Assembly (NCBI GenBank): GCA_018663865.1
Contig: JABJPM010000025.1
Coordinates: forward strand, 9,024-73,023
DNA length: 64,000 nt
Direction of reading: 5' to 3'
Source: Candidatus Woesearchaeota archaeon
GTDB lineage: Archaea; Nanobdellota; Nanobdellia; SCGC-AAA011-G17; PNOQ01
Position numbers and translations under genes: made by a program. The notes under the pieces are model-generated. The model saw only the letters and a list, made by a program, of their open reading frames with translations. It was not told where the DNA came from and did not search any database. Positions 16,854 to 26,126 of this stretch are shown here, in pieces. The first letter of the stretch is position 1. Each line of letters opens with the position of its first letter.

Positions 16854-17900
16854 ATGAGTGGATTATTTGACAACATTTTACATGACAATGAGAGCTTATT
16901 CTTAGATGAAATTGCACTAGATTATGATTATATTCCGAAGCAAATACCCTATAGAGAAACCCAACAACAATTTATTGCAGAATGCATTTCACCTTTATTA
17001 CAAAATAAAACTGGAAGAAATTTATTCATCCAGGGAGCCCCAGGAATTGGAAAAACATTAGCCGCATTATATGTAAAAAGAGAGTTAGAAGAAAAAACTA
17101 GCGATGTAAAAACAATTTACATTAATTGTTGGAAAAAAGATTCAAGCTACAAAATTTTATTAGAGATTTGTAACCAAGTTGGATACAAATGGACACAGAA
17201 TAAACGAACAGATGAATTGATGGACATCGTTGCAAAAGAATTAAACAAAGGGACAGTAGTTTTATTTTTAGATGAAATCGACAAAGTAAGAGAAGTAGAT
17301 ATATTATATTCTTTTTGCGAGGATTTGCTAAAAAAATCATTAATTCTTATAGCAAATAATAAAGAATGGTTAAATCAATTGGATGATCGGGTAAAATCAA
17401 GGCTAATGCCCGAATTATTAGAGTTTAATGAATATAATGCGAAAGAGACCGAAGGAATTTTAAGGGAGCGAACAGATTATGCATTCGCAAAGGGAATCTG
17501 GGATCCGGATGCTTTGCAAGCAGTAATAAATAAAACAATTCAAATGGGTGATATTCGTTCAGGATTATTCATATTAAGGGAATCTGGAAATTGTGCAGAA
17601 GCAAAAGCATCTAGGAAAATAAATATCGAACACGCACATAAGGCGCTATCAAAATTAGAGGGATTCAAAATAAAAAATTCATTAGATTTTGGAGATGATG
17701 AGCAATCAATTTTGGACTTAGTAAGGGGAAATTCTGGAAAAACAGTAAAAGAATTGCATTCTCTTGTAGAAAAAAAGTTTTCATATCGAACATTTCATCG
17801 GAAAATAGATGAATTAAGAAAAAATAATATGTTGGATGTTTTAGAAGTTCCAGGGAAATCATCTATAGTAAATTATTCTAAAAAATTAACGGAATTTTAA
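16854..17900 (+). CDS. orc1: Orc1/Cdc6 family AAA+ initiator protein.
   Basis: The N-terminus FLDEIALDYDYIPKQIPYRETQ is present. Walker A is QGAPGIGKT and Walker B is LFLDEID. The sensor-2-like GDIRSGLFILRESGNCAEAK follows, with a C-terminal winged helix. 348 aa. Confidence 0.85.
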   Translation: MSGLFDNILHDNESLFLDEIALDYDYIPKQIPYRETQQQFIAECISPLLQNKTGRNLFIQGAPGIGKTLAALYVKRELEEKTSDVKTIYINCWKKDSSYKILLEICNQVGYKWTQNKRTDELMDIVAKELNKGTVVLFLDEIDKVREVDILYSFCEDLLKKSLILIANNKEWLNQLDDRVKSRLMPELLEFNEYNAKETEGILRERTDYAFAKGIWDPDALQAVINKTIQMGDIRSGLFILRESGNCAEAKASRKINIEHAHKALSKLEGFKIKNSLDFGDDEQSILDLVRGNSGKTVKELHSLVEKKFSYRTFHRKIDELRKNNMLDVLEVPGKSSIVNYSKKLTEF

Positions 17901-17902
17901 TT

Positions 17903-17920
17903 GCTTGACAGCTTGCCAAA
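17903..17920. repeat. Right copy of the 18-bp inverted repeat, GCTTGACAGCTTGCCAAA.
   Basis: It is the exact reverse complement of 15371-15388. It sits 3 nt after the orc1 stop and just upstream of the TATA-like box of the next gene. Confidence 0.85.
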
Positions 17921-17962
17921 CGCTAAGAAACAATTTATAAACATTGATTAATAATTTCTAGC

Positions 17963-18418
17963 ATGGCCAAAACAATTTCAAAAGATACCCCATTATCTGA
18001 GATAACGCTTAGGAGATATGAAAAACCTTCCGCGTGCTCGAAAAGGGATTTAACAAGAAAGGTCTGCCTTTCAATAGGATTGTTACAGCCAGGAGATTCA
18101 AGAGACATAATTGTAGATATTTTGCAAGTTTTGATGGAAAATAAAGAAGGCCAAGTATTCATGAATTCTGAAGAGATAAGGAGTAAAGTAATTTCTCATA
18201 GAAAAAAACAAAAACTTCCAATTAAGGGTGTAGCCCCCTCCAATGTCCGGAGACAATTAAAAAGATTAAGAGATATATATTTAGTTGAAACGATAAGAAA
18301 CGAATACAGGATTGCAGAATTTGAAGAATTGCATGTAATTTTCAAAAAACAAATAAAAGATTTCTATTTAAAGAATATCTTGGAAAGAGTAGAAGATTAT
18401 TTCAAGGAGATAAAATGA
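17963..18418 (+). CDS. Hypothetical protein, possibly a winged-helix DNA-binding protein.
   Basis: 151 aa with a basic, helix-rich composition and no diagnostic motif. It overlaps the downstream methyltransferase by 4 nt. Confidence 0.35.
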   Translation: MAKTISKDTPLSEITLRRYEKPSACSKRDLTRKVCLSIGLLQPGDSRDIIVDILQVLMENKEGQVFMNSEEIRSKVISHRKKQKLPIKGVAPSNVRRQLKRLRDIYLVETIRNEYRIAEFEELHVIFKKQIKDFYLKNILERVEDYFKEIK

Positions 18419-18933
18419 TTTACGAACCAGCAGAAGATTCATACTTACTTCAAAAACAAGTAGAGAAATTTATAAAAAAAGAAATGGATGTTTTAGATAT
18501 TGGCACAGGATCAGGAATCCAAGCATTGACCGCAAAAAAACAAGGGGCAAATGTTATTGCAGCAGACATTAACTCAGAATGTGTAACTCACGTAAACAAA
18601 TTAGGAATAAAAACGCTACAATCGGATTTATTTGAAAATATAACTGGAAAATTTGATTTAATAATTTTCAATCCACCATACCTTCCAGAAGATGAAAGAG
18701 AGCCAGAAGATTCAAAACTAGTTACCACTGGTGGAAAAAAGGGTAATGAAATTCTTGCAAGATTTTTGGCAGGGGCAAAAGATTATTTGAAAGAAGATGG
18801 AAAAATTTTGATAGTATTCAGTTCATTAACTCCGGATGTAGATCAATTAGTGGAAGAGAATAAATTTACTTTTGAAAAAATTTCAGAACAAAAAATAGAT
18901 TTTGAAAAATTAATAGTTTATGAATTAACCTAG
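18415..18933 (+). CDS. HemK/Mtq2-like SAM-dependent methyltransferase (protein N5-glutamine methyltransferase family).
   Basis: VLDIGTGSGI (SAM motif I) and FNPPYLP (NPPY motif) are present. 172 aa, the size of archaeal Mtq2. Confidence 0.7.
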   Translation: MIYEPAEDSYLLQKQVEKFIKKEMDVLDIGTGSGIQALTAKKQGANVIAADINSECVTHVNKLGIKTLQSDLFENITGKFDLIIFNPPYLPEDEREPEDSKLVTTGGKKGNEILARFLAGAKDYLKEDGKILIVFSSLTPDVDQLVEENKFTFEKISEQKIDFEKLIVYELT

Positions 18934-19629
18934 TGGATAAACTTTTTTATCCATAATATCTTTAGAAATTTTAAAAGAATCAATCATCTCATTTTTTTCA
19001 ACAGGGAATTCACCAAATTCATCCAAATAATAAAATGGTTTACCAAATTTAATTTTCGCACTTTCAAATTTTGGCCACAAATTGTCTTTTTTCCCATTTA
19101 TTCGAATATTAACTGGAAAAATTTGAGGATTATCCAAATTAGAAACTAATCTTCCCAATCCAGGATATATCTTAGTCCCCACGCTATCCACCAGTTTAGA
19201 TTTTTGTCCACTATTGCCCTCTGGAAATATTAAAACATATTCATTCTTTTCTAAATAATTTCTGGATGGATCTATTATCCCATATTTTGACGCAGGAATT
19301 TGCTGTAATGCTTCAAGCAATCCCTTGCGCAGTCGATTTTTATAGTGTGCCTTCGAAACAATCGCGTGAAATTTTTGATCAGAATTTAAATATGCCGCAA
19401 TTAATAGTTGATCTACTGAATGTGTATGTAAAATAATTTTGCCCTCTTTATCTTTTTTATATATCCAATCTTCCTGAGGAGTATCATGATTGGAAACAAT
19501 GATTCCGCCCTTTTTATCATTAATTATATTTTCTAATCCCTCGATCTCAACATCATAATAATTTTCAAAAATAAAATTGCAGGCCCCACTAATGAAATCA
19601 TAATTCCAATTTCTTATTACATCCCTCAT
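18925..19629 (-). CDS. PlsC/LPLAT-family acyltransferase (1-acyl-sn-glycerol-3-phosphate acyltransferase-like).
   Basis: VSNHDTPQED (HxxxxD acyltransferase motif) and IFPEGNSG (FPEG motif) are present. 234 aa. Confidence 0.65.
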   Translation of the reverse strand: MRDVIRNWNYDFISGACNFIFENYYDVEIEGLENIINDKKGGIIVSNHDTPQEDWIYKKDKEGKIILHTHSVDQLLIAAYLNSDQKFHAIVSKAHYKNRLRKGLLEALQQIPASKYGIIDPSRNYLEKNEYVLIFPEGNSGQKSKLVDSVGTKIYPGLGRLVSNLDNPQIFPVNIRINGKKDNLWPKFESAKIKFGKPFYYLDEFGEFPVEKNEMIDSFKISKDIMDKKVYPLG

Positions 19630-19630
19630 T

Positions 19631-20320
19631 TTAAATTAAACTCTCCAACGTATGCACCTTTTCTTCCATAATATGTTTTGAGATTTCTATCATCTCTTTC
19701 CTACCAGGCTCATTAAAAAGATATTTTTCAATATTTTTCATATCTTTAAAAAAATAATAAGGTTCTCCTATTGAAACACTCGCTTTATTATAATCTGGGA
19801 TAATGAAGTTTCCGCCATCAATAGAATTCACATCTACCCTAACTGGAATAATTGGTTTTGTTGGAGAATCAATTACTAATTTTCCCAAACCAGGATAATA
19901 TTTTTTCCCATTTTGTTTTCGTTTCAAAATATTGCTACTCATCCCTTCCGGAAATATTGCGACACAATCATCTCTGCTCAAATACTCTTTTGCGAGTTTA
20001 AAACATTCCTTATTTATCTTAGAAGCAAAAGATCCTGGATTAACAGGGATTTGTTTAGTTTGATTTAAAACAAATCTTAAAGCAGGATTTCGATAAATTC
20101 CGCTATAAACAAAAAAGTGTAATGGGATATCAATTCCAAATGCAGAGCATACCAGTAGATGGTCTTTTGATCTCTCTCCTGCCCCAGAATGATTTATTGC
20201 AACAATGCCACCATCAATATTTTCTAGATTTTCTTGTCCAAAAACATTTATATCTACATGATGATTTATGTATTTATTACTTAAATTACATATGTTTTTA
20301 TACACTTTTGATGATTTCAT
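19631..20320 (-). CDS. PlsC/LPLAT-family acyltransferase, a tandem paralog of the previous gene.
   Basis: The INHSGAGERSKDH and IFPEGMSS motifs are present. 229 aa. It lies 2 nt from the upstream paralog. Confidence 0.65.
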   Translation of the reverse strand: MKSSKVYKNICNLSNKYINHHVDINVFGQENLENIDGGIVAINHSGAGERSKDHLLVCSAFGIDIPLHFFVYSGIYRNPALRFVLNQTKQIPVNPGSFASKINKECFKLAKEYLSRDDCVAIFPEGMSSNILKRKQNGKKYYPGLGKLVIDSPTKPIIPVRVDVNSIDGGNFIIPDYNKASVSIGEPYYFFKDMKNIEKYLFNEPGRKEMIEISKHIMEEKVHTLESLI

Positions 20321-20409
20321 ATAAATGTGGAGTCACGAAACATTTATAAATCTTACAATTCGACTTATTTCATACCCAATATCACTACATGATGTAGGAG
20401 GGAGTTCAA

Positions 20410-21102
20410 ATGAATAAAAAAATAATATTAGATTCTATAAAAAAACTAAGGGAAATCTCTAAACAGAGGAAATTCCCACAAACATTGGACGTTTCAGTTA
20501 ATTTGACTAAGCTTAATTTTAAAAAAAATCCTGATCAAAAAATAGATTTATTCCACAAACTGCCACATAACACTGGAAAAAAACCAAAAATATGTGCTTT
20601 AGTTGGAAAAGAATTAGAAACAAAAGCAAAAATTTTCGATAAAGTTATTCTAAATGAAGAATTTGGAAATTTAGTAAAAGATAAAAAAGCATTAAAGAAA
20701 TTAGCAAGAGAATATGATTATTTTGTAGCACAAGCAAATTTGATGGCAGATATTGGAGCAAAATTCGGTAGAGTTTTAGCACCAATTGGAAAAATGCCAA
20801 ATCCAAAAGCTGGATGCATTGTACCTCCAACTGCAAATTTAGAACCATTATTGGAAAGGTTAGAAAGCACATCAAGGTTACAAACAAGGGATCAAGCTAG
20901 CATAAAGGCTATTGCTGGATCAGAAACAATGTCTGATGATACTTTAGCAGACAACATAAATTCAATATTCAATACAGTTTTACATGAATTGCCACAAGAA
21001 AAAGCAAACATAAAATCATTGATAATTAAATTTACAATGAGTAAACCAATAGAAGTAACTGATAAAGGCCCAATATTCAAGGCGGAGGCAAAGGAAGAAT
21101 GA
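20410..21102 (+). CDS. rpl1: Ribosomal protein L1 (uL1).
   Basis: 230 aa with an L1 fold pattern (...FVAQANLMADIGAKFGRVLAPIGKMPNPKAG). Confidence 0.9.
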   Translation: MNKKIILDSIKKLREISKQRKFPQTLDVSVNLTKLNFKKNPDQKIDLFHKLPHNTGKKPKICALVGKELETKAKIFDKVILNEEFGNLVKDKKALKKLAREYDYFVAQANLMADIGAKFGRVLAPIGKMPNPKAGCIVPPTANLEPLLERLESTSRLQTRDQASIKAIAGSETMSDDTLADNINSIFNTVLHELPQEKANIKSLIIKFTMSKPIEVTDKGPIFKAEAKEE

Positions 21103-22133
21103 AAGCTCACGTTTCCGATAAGAAAAAGAAAAAGGTAACTGAATTAGTTAAAGATTTACAATCAGAACCAATTATTGGAATAATTGATTTAACAAGTTTG
21201 CCTTCTGCACAATTTCAAAAGATCAAACACAAATTAAGAAAAGATTTCAAAGTTGTTGTAGCAAAAAAATCATTAATAAAAATTGCAATTGAAAAGGTAA
21301 AAGATTCGAAAAAAGGAATCGAAAAATTAGATGCATATTTAGAAAATGCTATGCCTGCAATCCTATTCACAAAACAAGACGCTTTCAAGGTAGCAAAATC
21401 TCTATCGAAAAACAAATCTTCAACAGCTGCAAAACCAGGGCAAATTGCTCCAAAAGATTTAAACGTTCCTGAAGGGCCAACTGCATTCGCACCAGGACCA
21501 ATTATTGGAGAATTAGGTGCAGCAGGGATTAAAGCATCAATAGAAAATGGAAAAGTTATTATCAAGGAAGAATCGACAATTGTGAAAAAAGGTGAAGAGA
21601 TAACCCAATCTCAAGCAGACATGCTTGCCAAATTCGGCATTGAGCCAATGGAAATTGGATTAAATATCACTGCAATTTATCAAGATGGAAACATTTTTGA
21701 TAGCGAAGTATTATCTATTGATGATGCTGAATATTTGAATAGAATCAAATTGGCAGCTACTGAAGCATTGAATCTTGCAGTTTTTGTAGTATATCCAACA
21801 AAAGAAACTGTTGAAATATTGTTACAAAAAGCTGAAAGAGAAAAGCTATCGATAGAATCAAAACTTCCAGCAGAGGAAACTCTAAAAGAAGAGCCAAAAA
21901 CTGAAGAACAACCAGTGGAACAAAAAACAGAAGATAAAGTTGAAGAAAAATCAACTCAAGATTCTGATAAAGAACCAGAAGTTAAAGACGAAGCTCCAAA
22001 AACACAGGGGAAAGAAGAAGATCAAAAATCAGAAGAAAAGCCATTAGAAACAAAAGATCAAAGTGGCTATTCTGAAGATTCGGCCAAAAAAGCTGAACAA
22101 CTTTTAGATCAATTAAAACAGGATAATATATAG
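21099..22133 (+). CDS. rplP0: Ribosomal stalk protein P0 (uL10) with a long acidic K/E-rich C-terminal extension.
   Basis: 344 aa with an L10 N-domain and a stalk-binding region. The C-terminus is ...EEKPLETKDQSGYSEDSAKKAEQLLDQL. Confidence 0.9.
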   Translation: MKAHVSDKKKKKVTELVKDLQSEPIIGIIDLTSLPSAQFQKIKHKLRKDFKVVVAKKSLIKIAIEKVKDSKKGIEKLDAYLENAMPAILFTKQDAFKVAKSLSKNKSSTAAKPGQIAPKDLNVPEGPTAFAPGPIIGELGAAGIKASIENGKVIIKEESTIVKKGEEITQSQADMLAKFGIEPMEIGLNITAIYQDGNIFDSEVLSIDDAEYLNRIKLAATEALNLAVFVVYPTKETVEILLQKAEREKLSIESKLPAEETLKEEPKTEEQPVEQKTEDKVEEKSTQDSDKEPEVKDEAPKTQGKEEDQKSEEKPLETKDQSGYSEDSAKKAEQLLDQLKQDNI

Positions 22134-22142
22134 GAGGACAAA

Positions 22143-22442
22143 ATGGAATTAATATATGCAGCATTACTTATTCACAAAGCTGGCAATGAGGTCAATGAAG
22201 AAAACTTGAAAAAGGTTTTAGCATCCGCTGGAGCAAAAGCAGATGATTCAAAGATTAAAGCTTTAGTTGCAGCACTTGATGGCGTAGACATTGAGCAAGC
22301 AATAAAAGAAGCAGCTACAGTTAGTGCAGCTCCAGTAGCTACAGCAACTGAAGAAGCACCAGCTAAAGAAGAAGAAAAGAAAGAAGAAAAGAAAGTAGAT
22401 GACGGACAAGCAGCAGCAGGTCTAGGCGCACTTTTCGGATAA
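22143..22442 (+). CDS. rplP1: Ribosomal stalk protein P1 (L12e).
   Basis: [26 protein letters not shown]...[10 protein letters not shown] is the classic P1 protein. Confidence 0.9.
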   Translation: MELIYAALLIHKAGNEVNEENLKKVLASAGAKADDSKIKALVAALDGVDIEQAIKEAATVSAAPVATATEEAPAKEEEKKEEKKVDDGQAAAGLGALFG

Positions 22443-22495
22443 ATTTTTCTTTTCTTTTTATTTTTTTTATTTTTAAAACAGACGTAGGACAAACA

Positions 22496-23332
22496 ATGAC
22501 ATCAGAAAAAGAACTAAAAAAAGGAATTACAGAGTTAAAAGAAACTCTCAATATTTTGAATGTAGAAAAAGAAGAGTGGTTTACAAAAAAAGAGAGCTTA
22601 AAAAAAGAAGTTTCTAATCTAATTTCACAAATTAAAAAAATTAAATTTCCAAAAGATTCCGAAAGTGCAGAAGTAAAAAAATTAAAATCAAAAAGAGATA
22701 AATGCAATAAGGAAGTTCAAAAATTAATCAAGCAATTCAAAAAATTAAATTCTGAAAAATTAAAAATTATGAAGGATAAGAAAATAACATTTAATCCTGC
22801 AGAGATATCAAAACAAATTGAAACACTAGATTATTCTATTCAAACTGAAGCATTATCTTTCGATAAAGAAAAGAAGATAATGATTCAAATTAAACATTTA
22901 AAAAAACAAATGGCAAATGCGGGAGATGCGCAAGGAGTATTTAAAGAGTTAAAAGAAGTTTCAGACAAGATAAAAAAAGCAAAAGATATTGCAGAAGAAC
23001 ACCATAAGAAGTTACAAAAAGAAATAAAAGATAATAAACCTGATTATGAAGAATTCAGAAAGTTAACAAAACAAATTAATGAATTAAAGAAAAAACAAGA
23101 GAAAGCATTTGCAAATTTTATAGATTCAAAAAATAAATTTTCAGAAATTAATTCTCAATTAAAGGGAAAATTAAAAAATACAAAAGGCATGAGAACTGAA
23201 TCAGATTTCAAGTACAAAAAAGAAAATGCAAAATTACTTGAAGAAAAAACAAAAGAAGTAGAAGAAAAATTAAAGAAAAAGAAAAAATTAACAACAGAAG
23301 ATCTTCTAATCTTTCAAGGTTCTAAAAAATAA
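22496..23332 (+). CDS. Lys/Glu-rich coiled-coil protein of unknown function.
   Basis: 278 aa, predicted to be almost entirely alpha-helical coiled coil. Confidence 0.4.
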   Translation: MTSEKELKKGITELKETLNILNVEKEEWFTKKESLKKEVSNLISQIKKIKFPKDSESAEVKKLKSKRDKCNKEVQKLIKQFKKLNSEKLKIMKDKKITFNPAEISKQIETLDYSIQTEALSFDKEKKIMIQIKHLKKQMANAGDAQGVFKELKEVSDKIKKAKDIAEEHHKKLQKEIKDNKPDYEEFRKLTKQINELKKKQEKAFANFIDSKNKFSEINSQLKGKLKNTKGMRTESDFKYKKENAKLLEEKTKEVEEKLKKKKKLTTEDLLIFQGSKK

Positions 23333-23374
23333 TTTTACCACAAACTAATTAAATACTTTATTCGATTAAGTTTT

Positions 23375-23830
23375 ATGAATAATTTAATCTATGGCATAAT
23401 TTTAAGTGCATTGCCAATTGCAGAATTAAGAGGGGGAGTGCCACTTGCAATGTCCTCTGGTGCACCGATCTGGATGGTATTCATATTATGTGTTTTAGCA
23501 AATATTTTAATTATTCCAGTAGTATTTTTCTTTTTAGATTTTTTGCATGAGAGATTTATGGGCAGAAGATTTTACAGGGTTTTATTTTCAAAAATAGTAA
23601 ATAGGACAAGAAAGAAAATAGAGCACAGAATTGGGACAAAATGGGAATATCCAGCATTACTTTTATTGGTTGCAATCCCATTTCCAGGGACAGGGGCATA
23701 TGCCGGGTCTTTGGCAGCATGGCTGTTCAAATTAAATCGGAAAAAATCATTAATTACAATTGCATTGGGAGTTTTAATCGCAGGGGTATTGGTAACATTT
23801 GCATCATTAGGAATTTATTCTCTTATATAA
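23375..23830 (+). CDS. Putative small multidrug export protein family member (PF06695-like membrane protein).
   Basis: The N-terminal LPIAELRGGVPLA motif and about 4 transmembrane helices are present. 151 aa. Confidence 0.5.
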   Translation: MNNLIYGIILSALPIAELRGGVPLAMSSGAPIWMVFILCVLANILIIPVVFFFLDFLHERFMGRRFYRVLFSKIVNRTRKKIEHRIGTKWEYPALLLLVAIPFPGTGAYAGSLAAWLFKLNRKKSLITIALGVLIAGVLVTFASLGIYSLI

Positions 23831-24364
23831 TTCTTTAATATCCGAAATGAGGGGTATATTCTCCACTTTGAATTTTTTAACCAAATAAATCCATACTATT
23901 GCAACATAAACACCCGAAACAAAATTCCAAAAAATCATGTGTGTTTTTTCAAAAAGATCAGAACCAAATTCCATTAGAATAAAGATTAACAAATCAATTC
24001 TTAAAATATTCATTGCTAGAATTAATCCTGCCCCAATAAAAAACATTTTAAAACTTTCATTTAATGAAATTCCCCTAGTAAACAATATTAGGAATAATAG
24101 CAAAGAATATGCCATTCCGGCAACACATGCAGGAATTATATTGACCATATTTCCACCAATGAATATAGCATCATTGATCATATTAGCAGGATATCCCAAT
24201 TTAATAAAGAAGTAAGCAGGATATGCAGTTAAAGGGAAAATAATTTTATGGAAAAATCCATACAAATTAACAAAGAGGATGGCAAAGGCCAACCTCAGTA
24301 TAATATTCTTATAATATTTCATTGTTGTTGTTTGTTTTAACAAATTTATAAGCTTTAGTAACAC
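23807..24364 (-). CDS. Polytopic membrane protein, possibly an archaeosortase/exosortase-like transpeptidase.
   Basis: 185 aa with 5-6 transmembrane helices. A Cys lies in a transmembrane helix (IPACVAGM) and a later AMNILRID motif resembles the conserved Cys and N..R(I/V) of exosortase/archaeosortase. This is a weak, memory-based assignment. Confidence 0.3.
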   Translation of the reverse strand: MLLKLINLLKQTTTMKYYKNIILRLAFAILFVNLYGFFHKIIFPLTAYPAYFFIKLGYPANMINDAIFIGGNMVNIIPACVAGMAYSLLLFLILFTRGISLNESFKMFFIGAGLILAMNILRIDLLIFILMEFGSDLFEKTHMIFWNFVSGVYVAIVWIYLVKKFKVENIPLISDIKELYKRINS

Positions 24365-24426
24365 TTATAAAGCGATTTACAACTCCAGAAGTGTAACAAA
24401 ATCATGATTTTGGAGGATATACAAAA

Positions 24427-26076
24427 ATGAATAAAAAATTATCAATTATTGGAATGTTATTAATATTAGTTTTCTCAGCTGGGGCAGCGATAATACCTGG
24501 CACGATGGATACAACTTTAAATCCTGGAGAAGAATTCAATGGAGCATTTACAATAAATAATACACATGGTACAAATTTAACAAATATCACATTCGAATTA
24601 AATGTTTTCAATGGAGTTATTGTAGAGGCATTCACACCAAGCCTAATAGAACAATTAAATAATTCAGAAATTAGTGATGAAATAACTTTCAAGTTTACAG
24701 TTCCAGCAGGAACTGAACAAAACAATTATACTGGGACATATTCATACTCTGCTGATCAATTAAATTCAACACAATTTGAATCTTTCAATTTCACAGTTAA
24801 TGAAGTCAAAGATATTGCTATTGATTTCAATCAAGCAAATCTTAATGATTTATTGCCGGGGGAAAGTAGAAATACTACTTTGGTAATAACTAACACTGGA
24901 AATGTGGATTTAACAAATATATCTATTTCACACGATTTAACAGATTTCATGGATGCGGGCGATAATCAAATAGATATTAATTTTTCAGAAGAAAATGGAT
25001 TTGATTTATTGGTAAATTCCCAAGCAAAGGAAATAATTGTTACAGTAACAACACATACAAATCAGTATTTCTATCCTGAAGAAACAAATGATTATTCTGG
25101 GCCTATAACTATTGCTAGTGCAGAATATACTGAAAGTTTCAATTTAAACGTAGATTTAGAGATGATGGCATTTAAGAATATAGAGATAACAAATTTAGGG
25201 GATTTTGAAGATTTAATTCCTGGAGAGGAATTCGATATAGAAATTGAATTTGATTATGCAAAATTTGATATTGACGATATAGAAGTTGAAATGGTAATTT
25301 CAGATTTTGATGCCGGAGATGATCTAGAAATGGATTCAGATGAATTCAATATGGATCATAAAGAGGATTATGAGTTAGAATTCAGTTTAGGAGTTCCCCT
25401 AGATGTAAATGATGACAGATATGGGATTTTACTAAATATCAATGGTGATTCAGATTCTGATGATGAATTAGATGAGGATTTCGAATATAATGTATATTAT
25501 GGGCGGGCCATAGATGTAAAAAAAGATGAAAATTATGATGCAGGATTTAATTTTGTAAGATTGGAGCCTGAACTGCCAATGTGTGGGGGATCATTCACTT
25601 TAACTGCAGAGGTAATCAACACTGGAGAAAAACGATTAAATGATATGTATATCAAGTTAAAGATTAATGAATTAGATATTTTGGAAATCTCTGAAGAATT
25701 CGATCTAAAAATAACCGAAAATAACAGAGACGAAAAAGTTGAATTTTTCATAAATCTTCCAACTGGAATGGAAGCTAAAGAATACGATATCGAAATAATC
25801 GCTTATGATGAAGATAATGACATAATTGGAAGTGAAATAGTAACATTCACTCCATATGGAAACTGTGTTCAAGTTGAAGCTGAACAAGAAGAATCATCTG
25901 AAGAACCTTCTAGTGCAGATTCACCCGAAGGGACACTTTTCATGCCAACAGGATGGTCCGTAGGTAATTTCTTAGGAAATGATACTGCAAAAACATCATT
26001 TTGGGTTATTGGAGATTTAGCTTTAATAGTGATAATAACTTATTTCCTTTTTCTTTTCTTTAAGAAAAGGAAATAA
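24427..26076 (+). CDS. Secreted, highly acidic cell-surface protein with a C-terminal transmembrane anchor and basic tail.
   Basis: 549 aa with an N-terminal signal peptide (MNKKLSIIGMLLILVFSAGAA), a D/E-rich repetitive beta-rich body with N-glycosylation sequons, and a C-terminus ...FWVIGDLALIVIITYFLFLFFKKRK. Confidence 0.6.
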   Translation: MNKKLSIIGMLLILVFSAGAAIIPGTMDTTLNPGEEFNGAFTINNTHGTNLTNITFELNVFNGVIVEAFTPSLIEQLNNSEISDEITFKFTVPAGTEQNNYTGTYSYSADQLNSTQFESFNFTVNEVKDIAIDFNQANLNDLLPGESRNTTLVITNTGNVDLTNISISHDLTDFMDAGDNQIDINFSEENGFDLLVNSQAKEIIVTVTTHTNQYFYPEETNDYSGPITIASAEYTESFNLNVDLEMMAFKNIEITNLGDFEDLIPGEEFDIEIEFDYAKFDIDDIEVEMVISDFDAGDDLEMDSDEFNMDHKEDYELEFSLGVPLDVNDDRYGILLNINGDSDSDDELDEDFEYNVYYGRAIDVKKDENYDAGFNFVRLEPELPMCGGSFTLTAEVINTGEKRLNDMYIKLKINELDILEISEEFDLKITENNRDEKVEFFINLPTGMEAKEYDIEIIAYDEDNDIIGSEIVTFTPYGNCVQVEAEQEESSEEPSSADSPEGTLFMPTGWSVGNFLGNDTAKTSFWVIGDLALIVIITYFLFLFFKKRK

Positions 26077-26126
26077 TCTTTTTTTTATTTAGTTAGTTTT
26101 ATATATTTCTTAGACAATTAATCCCT

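Noticed and set aside
15371-17920. Reading the inverted-repeat-bounded segment as a classical IS element or integrated virus.
   Set aside because: It has no transposase or integrase, no target-site duplication and no tRNA-flanking att arrangement. I report it as a finding with alternative explanations, not as a mobile_element feature.
21215-22707. Minus-strand ORFs antisense to the P0/P1 stalk genes and the coiled-coil gene (116, 65, 60, 106 and 114 aa).
   Set aside because: They lie opposite highly conserved ribosomal genes and give Ala/Ser-rich or Leu/Phe-rich translations.
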